A stretch of DNA of 50,676 nt from an uncultured bacterium (lineage in GTDB: Bacteria; Methylomirabilota; Methylomirabilia; Rokubacteriales; CSP1-6), in contig CAZXPE010000001.1 in assembly GCA_964642915.1 (NCBI GenBank), positions 1 to 50,676 on the forward strand, read 5' to 3'. Of this stretch, positions 43,199-50,676 are shown piece by piece. The notes beneath the pieces are model-generated. The model saw only the letters and a program-made list of their open reading frames with translations. It was not told the DNA's origin and did not search any database. How positions within the stretch are numbered: the stretch's first letter is position 1; each line of letters begins with the position of its first letter. Both the position numbers and the translations under genes were made by a program.

Positions 43199-44965
43199 TC
43201 ACTCCTCCTCGTCCTCGCCGTACTCTTCCTCGTCCGCGTGCCGCCGCTTCCGCTGGCGGGCCTGGTACTCCTGCACGTCAGCCCGCTCGAGGTCGGCGGC
43301 GAGCTCCTTGAGGGAAAGGCCGATCCGGCGCTCGGTTGTGTCCACCCTGATCACCATCAGCATCAGCTCGTCGCCGACGTTCACGATCTCCTCGGGCCGG
43401 TTGACGGGGCGCGCCGACATCTGAGAGATATGGAGCAGCCCGTCAACCCCGGGCTCCAGCTCGATGAAGGCGCCGAAATCGGTAAGCCGGACCACCCGCC
43501 CTTGGACCCTGGACCCGACCGGGTAGCGCTCGGAAACCGAATCCCAGGGATCGGGCTGGATCTGTTTTAGCCCGAGGGAGATGCGTTTTCCATCCCTGTC
43601 CACGTTCAGGACGACCGTCTCGACGGGCTGCCCTTTTTTCAAAAGCTCCGAGGGGTGGCTGATGTTCCGCGTCCACGACATGTCCGAGATGTGGAGCAGG
43701 CCGTCTATCCCCGGCTCCAGCTCAACGAAGGCGCCGAAATCCGTGAGGTTTCTGACCTTCCCCTGCACCCGCATCCCCGTGGTATAGCGTTCCTCGATCG
43801 AAAGCCACGGGTCTGGCTCCACCTGCTTCATGCCGAGGGAGATCCGCTTGGTTGCCTTGTTTACGTCGAGCACCATCACCTCGACCGGATCTCCCACGTT
43901 GACCAGCTTTGAGGGGTGCCTGACACGGCGCGTCCAGGACATTTCGGATACGTGGACTAGCCCCTCTATCCCCGGCTCCAGCTCAACGAAGGCGCCGTAG
44001 TTCGTCAGGCTGACCACGCGGCCTGACACCTTAGCGCCGGGCGGATACTTCTCGTCCACCACCTCCCACGGGTCGCGGTTCCTCTGCTTGTAGCCCAGCG
44101 AGACTCTGCCGGTCTCCCGATCGTAGTGAAGCACGAGGACCTCCACTTGGTCCCCGACCTGGAACATTTCGGATGGGTGGCCGATGCGCCCCCAGGAGAT
44201 GTCCGTGACGTGGAGCAGGCCGTCGATCCCGCCGAGGTCGATGAACGCCCCGTAGTCGGTGATGTTCTTGACGACGCCGGTGAGCGTCATCCCCTCAGAC
44301 AGCACGGCGAGGGTCTGCTTGCGCCGCTCATCCCTCTCCTCCTCAAGGAGGATGCGGCGGGAGAGGACTACGTTCCCCCGGCGGCGGTTGAGCTTGATTA
44401 CCTTCGCCTGGATCCGCTGCCCGAGCAACGACGCGAGGTTCTTTACCGGCCGGATGTCCACCTGGGAGCCGGGCAGGAACGCCTTGACGCCCACATCGAC
44501 TGCGAGCCCTCCCTTGACAACCTCCACCACCTTCCCTTCCACCGGGGTTCCCTTCTCATACGCCGCCGACACGACATCCCAGACTTTGATCTTGTCTGCC
44601 TTCTCCTTTGAGAGGACGATCAACCCCTCATCGTCTTCCTTGGATTCCAGGTAGACCTCGATCTCGTCCCCCACTTTGGGGAGGATGCCGCTCAGGGAGA
44701 ACTCCCCGATCGGAATGGCGCCTTCGCTCTTGTAGCCCACATCGACCAGAACCTCGGACTCCCGGACCTGGACGACTCTGCCCCGAACGACTTCGCCCTC
44801 TTCAAACTCAGCGAAGCCCCTGCCGTACCAATCTTCCATCCGCTCAGCGGTTCCCCCTTCCGCGGGCCCGTTGTGCGCGGCCACGTTCTCGTGGGCCCTG
44901 CCTTCTCCTCCTCCGCCGGCCAGGCTCGCGGCGTAGCCCCTCATCCCCTGTTCATCCCTCTCCAT
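43199..44965 (-). CDS. rpsA: 30S ribosomal protein S1
   Basis: Six S1 repeats (for example GxVxxITDYGAFIDLGGIDGLLHVTDISW). AAGGAGG lies upstream of the ATG at 44965. The internal ATG at 44839 would give the canonical N-terminus. Confidence 0.93.
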   Translation of the reverse strand: MERDEQGMRGYAASLAGGGGEGRAHENVAAHNGPAEGGTAERMEDWYGRGFAEFEEGEVVRGRVVQVRESEVLVDVGYKSEGAIPIGEFSLSGILPKVGDEIEVYLESKEDDEGLIVLSKEKADKIKVWDVVSAAYEKGTPVEGKVVEVVKGGLAVDVGVKAFLPGSQVDIRPVKNLASLLGQRIQAKVIKLNRRRGNVVLSRRILLEEERDERRKQTLAVLSEGMTLTGVVKNITDYGAFIDLGGIDGLLHVTDISWGRIGHPSEMFQVGDQVEVLVLHYDRETGRVSLGYKQRNRDPWEVVDEKYPPGAKVSGRVVSLTNYGAFVELEPGIEGLVHVSEMSWTRRVRHPSKLVNVGDPVEVMVLDVNKATKRISLGMKQVEPDPWLSIEERYTTGMRVQGKVRNLTDFGAFVELEPGIDGLLHISDMSWTRNISHPSELLKKGQPVETVVLNVDRDGKRISLGLKQIQPDPWDSVSERYPVGSRVQGRVVRLTDFGAFIELEPGVDGLLHISQMSARPVNRPEEIVNVGDELMLMVIRVDTTERRIGLSLKELAADLERADVQEYQARQRKRRHADEEEYGEDEEE

Positions 44966-45017
44966 TCCGAACTGTTCCTCCTTGCGTGATATAGAATAAG
45001 CGCCCGGCTACCAGCGG

Positions 45018-45665
45018 TCAGCATTCAGCGGGTTGATAGTTGATCGCCGATAGCTGATCGCTTCCGGATTTCAAGGCGGCTATGGCCGCCATCATCTCAC
45101 GGCTGACCTCCAGGGAGCGGAGTTTCAGCTTCCCGTTCCCCTGCCGGGTGAACCTGAGCTGAGAACCGAACCGCACCCGGATCTTCGCGGGCCTCGGCAG
45201 TGACCTCCCGCGAGGCAGGGCCCGTCCGGAGCCTTCGACATAGACGGGGATAACCGGCGCCTCGCTCAGGAGCGCCAGCAGCCCGGCCCCCGCCCTGCCT
45301 TTGAGGAACGTCCCCTCTTCTCCCCGGGTTCCCTCGGGAAACACAAGCAGAGCGTGGCCTCCTTCGAGAGCGCGAAGAGCGGCTCTGAGGGCCGCGGGGT
45401 CCGACTCCTCCCGGCGGATCGGCAGGGCGTGGAGCCGCCTTATCAGCGAGCCTAAGAGCGGCACTCTGAACAATTCAGCCTTAGCCATGAAATGCAGCGG
45501 GCGTGACGCCGCCGCTGCGACCACCAGCGGGTCGAGAAAGCTTACGTGGTTCGCCACCAGGAGCGCGGCGCCGCCCCTCGGAAGGTGCTCCGCGCCGCGC
45601 GCCTCGAGCCTGAAAAGGATCCGCGCGACGAGCGCCGCGACGAGCCTCACGAGCGCATAGAACAT
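45018..45665 (-). CDS. plsC: 1-acyl-sn-glycerol-3-phosphate acyltransferase
   Basis: HX4D motif (ANHVSFLDP) and FPEGTRG. Confidence 0.88.
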   Translation of the reverse strand: MFYALVRLVAALVARILFRLEARGAEHLPRGGAALLVANHVSFLDPLVVAAAASRPLHFMAKAELFRVPLLGSLIRRLHALPIRREESDPAALRAALRALEGGHALLVFPEGTRGEEGTFLKGRAGAGLLALLSEAPVIPVYVEGSGRALPRGRSLPRPAKIRVRFGSQLRFTRQGNGKLKLRSLEVSREMMAAIAALKSGSDQLSAINYQPAEC

Positions 45666-46339
45666 CGGACCCTCTCGACCTCTTTCAGCATGAGCTCCAC
45701 GACCTCCTCCAGCGACAGAGCCGACGAATCCACATAGAGCGCGCCATCCGGGCGAACCAACGGCGCGAGCGCGCGGCTCGAGTCGGCCACATCACGCTCG
45801 TTCAGCTCTCGTTTCACGTCGTCAAGATCTGAACGCTCAGCTCGCCCTCCGAGCTCGCCCGCACGGCGGCGGGCCCGCTCAGCCAGGTTCGCGTCGAGAT
45901 AAAATTTCACCTCGGCCTCAGGGGCCACAACGCTTCCGGTGTCCCTCCCCTCAAGGACGACGGCGCCCTCCAGCGCCGCTTTTCGCTGGGCTGAGGTCAG
46001 AACCTCCCTGACGACCTTGAGCGCCGAGAGGCGTGAGGCGAGCTGGCCGACCTGGGGAGAGCGGACCGCCTCAGTCACGTCCTGGCCGTCCAGCCTGACT
46101 GTCCCGGCCCTGTCGATTTCGATCTCGGTCGAGCGCGCCAGCCGGTCCAGCTCGGGACCGGGTTCAGGCGGAAGCCCCGCCCGGCTGACCTTCACGGCCA
46201 TGGCGCGGTACATGGCCCCCGTCTCAATGTACCTGAAACCCAGGCGTCCGGCCAGTCGCTTCGCCGCGCTGCTCTTCCCGACACCGGCGGGCCCGTCGAT
46301 GGTCACTATCGGCTCCCGCCTTTTCACGGGGCTCAACAT
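45647..46339 (-). CDS. cmk: Cytidylate kinase
   Basis: P-loop IDGPAGVGKSS. The ATG at 46339 shares one base with the aroA TGA (TGATG). The ORF-track start at 46360 is less likely. Confidence 0.9.
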   Translation of the reverse strand: MLSPVKRREPIVTIDGPAGVGKSSAAKRLAGRLGFRYIETGAMYRAMAVKVSRAGLPPEPGPELDRLARSTEIEIDRAGTVRLDGQDVTEAVRSPQVGQLASRLSALKVVREVLTSAQRKAALEGAVVLEGRDTGSVVAPEAEVKFYLDANLAERARRRAGELGGRAERSDLDDVKRELNERDVADSSRALAPLVRPDGALYVDSSALSLEEVVELMLKEVERVRCSMRS

Positions 46340-47649
46340 CACGGCTCCGTCTCGACGCAAGCGTTGCCCGCGAGACCCTGGAGGGTGGCAAGAAAACCGG
46401 GGTAGGACGTGGCAATGCAGTCGGCGTCCTCTACCACCGTCTCACCTTCGGCCCGAAGACCGGCGATGATGAGGGCCATGGCCATCCTGTGGTCTCCCCA
46501 GCTCTGAACCTTGGCTCCGCGTAGCGGGGTTCCCCCTCGGACCCGAAAGCCGTCCTCGCGCTCTTCGATCTCGGCTCCGAGCTTTCCAAGCTCCGTTGTC
46601 AGCGCCCTGATCCGGTCCGACTCCTTGACCCTTAGCTCGAGGGCGTTTGTAACCTCGGTGACCCCCTCGGCCAGCGAGGCCGCCACTGCCAGAATCGGTA
46701 TCTCGTCGATGAGGCGGGGGATCAACTCGCCTCCCACCGACACTCCCCTAAGAGACGATGACCGCGCTGTCAGTGAGGCCACAGGCTCCCCTGCCCTTTC
46801 GGGATCCGATCGGGCGATCACGGCCCCCATGGCTTCAAGCGCGTCTAGAAGCCCGATCCGCGTTGGATTCACCCCCACGCCCCTCACAGTCACTTCCGAA
46901 TCGGGGATGAGGGAGGCTGCCACCAGGAAAAAAGCTGCCGAAGAGAAGTCGCCCGGCACTCTGATCGGGTGGCCGCAAAGCTTCCCCCCGGGGACCAGGG
47001 TGATTCTGGTTCCATCCACTGAGGTCAGCGCACCGAACTCAGCCAGCATCCGTTCGGTGTGATCCCTCGATCTCGCGGGTTCCTCCACGGTGACGGGACC
47101 GTCGGCGTAGAGACCGGCCAGGAGCAGCGCCGATTTCACCTGAGCCGAGGCGACGGGTAACTTTGCCGTGATCTCTCTGAGCGGCTTGGCGCCCCGGATG
47201 GCAAGCGGGAGGCGGCCTCCCTCCTGCCTCCCCACGATTGTTGCCCCCATCTGCCTGAGCGGCTCGGCGACGCGACCCATGGGGCGTCGCCTGAGCGAGT
47301 CATCACCCGTCAGCATGCTCCAGAACGGCTGGCCAGCAAGGACGCCGATGAGGAGCCTCGCGGCGGTCCCTGAGTTCCCTGCATTGAGGACACAGTCTGG
47401 CTCCCGGAAACCGTCGATCCCGCGACCGCTGATGAGATACCGGCCCGGACCTTTCCGCGCGACCGGAACACCCATAGCCTCGAGGATCCGCAGGGTGCGG
47501 AGACAATCTTCCCCCTCCAGGTAGTTGGCGATGTCGGTGGGACCGGAAGCGAGAGCCCCCAGGATCGCGGCCCTGTGGGAGACGGACTTGTCTCCGGGAA
47601 CCTCGACACGACCGGACAGCCGCCGCGCCGCCCTGACGATCACCCTCAC
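46339..47649 (-). CDS. aroA: 3-phosphoshikimate 1-carboxyvinyltransferase (EPSP synthase)
   Basis: Contains VPGDKSVSHRAAILGAL and LGNSGTAARLL-like (AGNSGTAARLL) motifs. The GTG at 47649 overlaps the tyrA stop (GTGA). The ORF-track start at 47808 lies inside tyrA. Confidence 0.92.
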   Translation of the reverse strand: MRVIVRAARRLSGRVEVPGDKSVSHRAAILGALASGPTDIANYLEGEDCLRTLRILEAMGVPVARKGPGRYLISGRGIDGFREPDCVLNAGNSGTAARLLIGVLAGQPFWSMLTGDDSLRRRPMGRVAEPLRQMGATIVGRQEGGRLPLAIRGAKPLREITAKLPVASAQVKSALLLAGLYADGPVTVEEPARSRDHTERMLAEFGALTSVDGTRITLVPGGKLCGHPIRVPGDFSSAAFFLVAASLIPDSEVTVRGVGVNPTRIGLLDALEAMGAVIARSDPERAGEPVASLTARSSSLRGVSVGGELIPRLIDEIPILAVAASLAEGVTEVTNALELRVKESDRIRALTTELGKLGAEIEEREDGFRVRGGTPLRGAKVQSWGDHRMAMALIIAGLRAEGETVVEDADCIATSYPGFLATLQGLAGNACVETEP

Positions 47650-48497
47650 TGAAGGCGCCTCCTTACCAGCCTGATCTTCTCCAACTCGCGCTCGAGGCTC
47701 TCGCCGGCCTCGGGCGTCAGAAGGCGCTCCAGTCGCGAGAGCGCTGATCGAAAACCGCCGAGTGCCTCCAGAAGCGCCTCCCGATTGTCGATGAAGATCT
47801 CGCGCCACACCCTAGGATCAGAGGCGGCTATCCGGGTAGTGTCCCTGAACCCGCCTGCCGCGTATTCGAGGCCTTCCTCGTCCACGAGACCCGCCACCGC
47901 GTCCACCAGCGCGTAGGCGACCATGTGGGGGAGGTGGCTCACGGCGGCGACCACCCGGTCATGCGCCTCGGGCGGCATGGTCACGACGCGGGCGCCCTGA
48001 GCTTCCCAGAACTCTGCGACCCGCTTGGAGGCCCATCCAGGGGTCTCGGGAACCGGCGTGACGATCACTGTGGCCGACTCGAAGAGATCGGCCCTTGAGG
48101 AGGCGTACCCGCTCAGCTCTGAGCCGGCCATCGGGTGGCTCCCCACAAACGCCACGCTCCTCGCTTGAGAAAGAGAGAGGGCGGTTCTGACCAGGCGCGC
48201 TTTTGTGCTACCCACGTCTGTCACGACGGCATCATCAGCTACGGAACGCCAGACCTCAGGAAGCTGCCGCTCCATTGCGGCGACAGGGGTCGCAAGGAGC
48301 ACGAAGTCGGCGCCGTCCAGCCCCTCGTCGAGATCAGTCGTGGCGCGGTCGATGACTCCTTCGGCAAGAGCCGGCTCGAGCGTTTCCCGCCTGCGCCCTA
48401 CCGCGACGATCTCATCGGCCAGCCTTCTGGACCTGACGGCCTTGGCGACTGACCCTCCGAGGAGCCCCAGCCCAACCACCGCGAGCCGGCGTATCAC
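47646..48497 (-). CDS. tyrA: Prephenate dehydrogenase
   Basis: Rossmann motif VVGLGLLGGS and the GSHPMAG motif. The GTG at 48497 overlaps the hisC stop (GTGA); the ATG at 48521 is an alternative. Confidence 0.88.
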   Translation of the reverse strand: MIRRLAVVGLGLLGGSVAKAVRSRRLADEIVAVGRRRETLEPALAEGVIDRATTDLDEGLDGADFVLLATPVAAMERQLPEVWRSVADDAVVTDVGSTKARLVRTALSLSQARSVAFVGSHPMAGSELSGYASSRADLFESATVIVTPVPETPGWASKRVAEFWEAQGARVVTMPPEAHDRVVAAVSHLPHMVAYALVDAVAGLVDEEGLEYAAGGFRDTTRIAASDPRVWREIFIDNREALLEALGGFRSALSRLERLLTPEAGESLERELEKIRLVRRRLQ

Positions 48498-49609
48498 GCC
48501 CCCGTCACCTCCCGGAGGCATTTCCTGAGCGCCTTGATCATCCTTCGGTTCTCTTCGGGAGTCCCGACGGTGATTCTGAGGGCCGTTTCCATCCCGAAAG
48601 ACGTCATGGGTCTGACGATCACGCCTTCTTTCAGGAGACGCTGGTACAACTCCACGGCGGGCCGCTTCACGTCAACGAGGATGAAGTTGGCCCGCGACGG
48701 GACATACTGAAGATCGAGCGCGCCGAATTCCTCGCAGAGGTACGCCTTGCCGGCCTCGTTCATCTTGACGCACTCGAGAACGTGCGCCTCATCTTCAAGC
48801 GCCGCCATGGCGGCCGCCTGGGCGAGCGAGTTGACGTTGAACGGCTGGCGGATCCGGTGGAGGAGCAAGATGGCGTCGGGCTCCGCCATGCCGTACCCCA
48901 TACGGAGGCCGGCCAGGCTCGCCGCCTTGGAGAACGTCCTCAGGATCACCACCTTCCGCCCCTGCCTCAGGTAGGAAAGGGCGTCCGGAAAGTCGGGTCC
49001 CTGGGCGAATTCGATATAGGCTTCATCGAATACCACGATCACCCTGTCGGGAACCCTCGCCATGAAGGCATCGACCTCCTCGGCGGTAACGACGGTCGCG
49101 GTAGGGTTGTTCGGGTTGGCGATGAATACCAGCTTCGTCAACGGGGTGATCGCCCTTGCCATCCCCTCCAGGTCCAGCCGGTAGTCTTCGAGGGTGACGA
49201 CGACGCGGATCCCTCCGGCAGCCTGGACGATCATCGGGTAGACGACAAACGAAGGGTGCGGGATCACCGCCTCGTCTCCGGGCTGGAGAAAGGTGCGGAC
49301 CACGAGCTCGATCAGCTCGTTGGAGCCGTTGCCGAGGACAATATGCTCCGGTGTCAGACCGTGGCGCTTGGCCAGGGCCTGGCGCAGGTAGTGACCGCTC
49401 CCGTCAGGGTATCGGTTGAGCCCTCCCAGGGCCGCGGCGATCGCTTTCCTCACGCGATCTGACGGCGGAAGCGGATTTTCGTTCGATGCCAGCTTGATGG
49501 CGTTGGTGATTCCGATCTCCCGCTCCAGCTCCTCGATCGGCTTGCCGGGCTCATACGGGGCGATGCCCAATATGTGGCTGTTTGCGAGACTTTCCCAGGG
49601 AGTGGGCAT
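48494..49609 (-). CDS. hisC: Histidinol-phosphate/aromatic aminotransferase
   Basis: Contains LASNENPLPPS and TFSKAASLAGLRMGY (PLP lysine). GGAG lies 6 nt upstream of the ATG. Confidence 0.9.
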   Translation of the reverse strand: MPTPWESLANSHILGIAPYEPGKPIEELEREIGITNAIKLASNENPLPPSDRVRKAIAAALGGLNRYPDGSGHYLRQALAKRHGLTPEHIVLGNGSNELIELVVRTFLQPGDEAVIPHPSFVVYPMIVQAAGGIRVVVTLEDYRLDLEGMARAITPLTKLVFIANPNNPTATVVTAEEVDAFMARVPDRVIVVFDEAYIEFAQGPDFPDALSYLRQGRKVVILRTFSKAASLAGLRMGYGMAEPDAILLLHRIRQPFNVNSLAQAAAMAALEDEAHVLECVKMNEAGKAYLCEEFGALDLQYVPSRANFILVDVKRPAVELYQRLLKEGVIVRPMTSFGMETALRITVGTPEENRRMIKALRKCLREVTGA

Positions 49610-49619
49610 GGATCGCTCC

Positions 49620-50675
49620 TTAAGCGACAGGATAAGAGCCGAGGACCTTGAGGAAAATGGACCGTTCCCGAACCGCGGAGAGGGCGGCCTTGACCTGTTC
49701 GGTATCGCGGTGCCCCTCGAAGTCGGCGAAGATCACGTACTCCCAGGGGCGCCGCTTGGTCGGCCTCGATTCGATCTTGGTGAGGTTGAGCCCGCGGTCG
49801 GCAAACGGCTCCAGGATTTTGTAGAGGGTCCCGGGCTCGTTTTTCATGGAAAACAGGATCGAGGTCTTATCTTTTCCGGTGGGCGCCATGGCCCGCCGCC
49901 CCACCACCAGGAAACGCGTCGAGTTGTGCGGGTTGTCCTCGATGCGCGCTTTGAGGACGGGGACCCCGTAAAGGCCGGCAGCCCACTCCGACGCGATAGC
50001 GGCAGCCGTGTGATCCTCCAGCGCGTACTCGACTGCGGCGGCGGTGGAAGCGACCTCTCTGGCGGGGACATCGGGCAGGTTCCTCCCGAGCCACTGCCGG
50101 CACTGGGCCAGCGCCTGGGGATGCGAGTGGACGGACTTGATGGCCGGAAGGTCTCCCGCAAGAGAAACGAGGTGGTGCCCGATCTCGAGGAGCAGCTCAC
50201 CGGCGATGAGTAGGTCGGAGTCGATAAAGCGGTCGAGAGTGACGTTGACGGCTCCCTCGGTGGAGTTCTCCACCGGGACCACGCCGAAATCGGCCCGTTC
50301 CCGTTCGACCTCCTCGAAGACCTCGCCGATGCTCCGCGCGGGGATCAAGCGGGCCGAGGAGCCGAAACTGAGGGCGGTTGCCTGGTGGGTGAAGGTGGCC
50401 TGGGGGCCGAGGTAGGCGACGGTCAGCGGGGCCTCTAGAGCCCGGGACGCCGAGAGGATTTCGCGCCAGACCGCGTTGATCCCCTCGGCGGGGAACGGTC
50501 CGGAGTTCAGCGCCTGGAGGCGAGCCAGTATTTCTGCTTCGCGCTCGGGAGCGAAGTAGTCGAACCCCTTCTGCTTCTTAAGCTCTCCGATCCGGAGGGC
50601 AACCTCTGCACGCTGGTTGAGGAGGTTGAGAATCTGTGTGTCGAGGTCATTGATCCTGGAACGCCACTCGTCCAG
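49620..50675 (-). CDS. pheA: Bifunctional chorismate mutase / prephenate dehydratase (P-protein); the 5' end lies beyond the window
   Basis: My manual translation is open to the window edge: LDEWRSRINDLDTQILNLLNQRAEVALRIGELKK.. (chorismate mutase), then YLGPQATFTHQA.. (prephenate dehydratase) and an ACT domain (SILFSMKNEPGTLY..ESRP). Confidence 0.9.
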   Translation of the reverse strand: MDEWRSRINDLDTQILNLLNQRAEVALRIGELKKQKGFDYFAPEREAEILARLQALNSGPFPAEGINAVWREILSASRALEAPLTVAYLGPQATFTHQATALSFGSSARLIPARSIGEVFEEVERERADFGVVPVENSTEGAVNVTLDRFIDSDLLIAGELLLEIGHHLVSLAGDLPAIKSVHSHPQALAQCRQWLGRNLPDVPAREVASTAAAVEYALEDHTAAAIASEWAAGLYGVPVLKARIEDNPHNSTRFLVVGRRAMAPTGKDKTSILFSMKNEPGTLYKILEPFADRGLNLTKIESRPTKRRPWEYVIFADFEGHRDTEQVKAALSAVRERSIFLKVLGSYPVA

Positions 50676-50676
50676 G

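Overview
High-GC bacterial chromosomal window with Gram-negative-type envelope genes (Lpt permease, LysM/M23 NlpD-like protein, SPOR protein). It is almost entirely densely packed core housekeeping genes, and many neighbours share 1-4 nt stop/start overlaps (ATGA, GTGA, TGATG).

The plus-strand block holds valS-birA-(HD-GYP)-coaX, a CBS-less guaB-like gene with guaA, dnaE-accA, a bifunctional FBP aldolase/phosphatase with a divergent SorC/CggR-type regulator, then miaB, a BFN-nuclease-family gene and a GT4 glycosyltransferase. From about 22.8 kb the genes are mostly on the minus strand. That block holds a small zinc-ribbon/bactofilin/TPR operon, a surE-pcm-(tRNA-Pro)-acyP-nlpD-sigma cluster, MerR-ihfA-cutA-SPOR, DUF3047-der-DUF512-pgsA, hflX-miaA-mutL-mutS, and ihfB-sppA-rpsA-plsC-cmk-aroA-tyrA-hisC-pheA.

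There are three tRNAs: Arg-CCT, Pro-CGG and Pro-GGG. I found no rRNA, CRISPR array, transposase, integrase or recognisable defence genes. The only mobile element is a 365-codon intein splitting the conserved GYGFNK|SHAAAY motif of dnaE, and its homing-endonuclease part looks shortened.

Other unusual points:
- a sigma-70-family ORF at the rpoS-like position downstream of nlpD that ends after region 3.1, so it has no region 4
- a single-ORF LptF-LptG fusion
- an FBP aldolase/phosphatase with a roughly 60-residue N-terminal extension
- an HD-GYP gene translationally coupled between birA and coaX

I could not identify a convincing novel multi-gene system; the candidates below are scored accordingly. 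All calls rest on reading the sequence and remembered family motifs. No database search was possible, and start codons are predictions.
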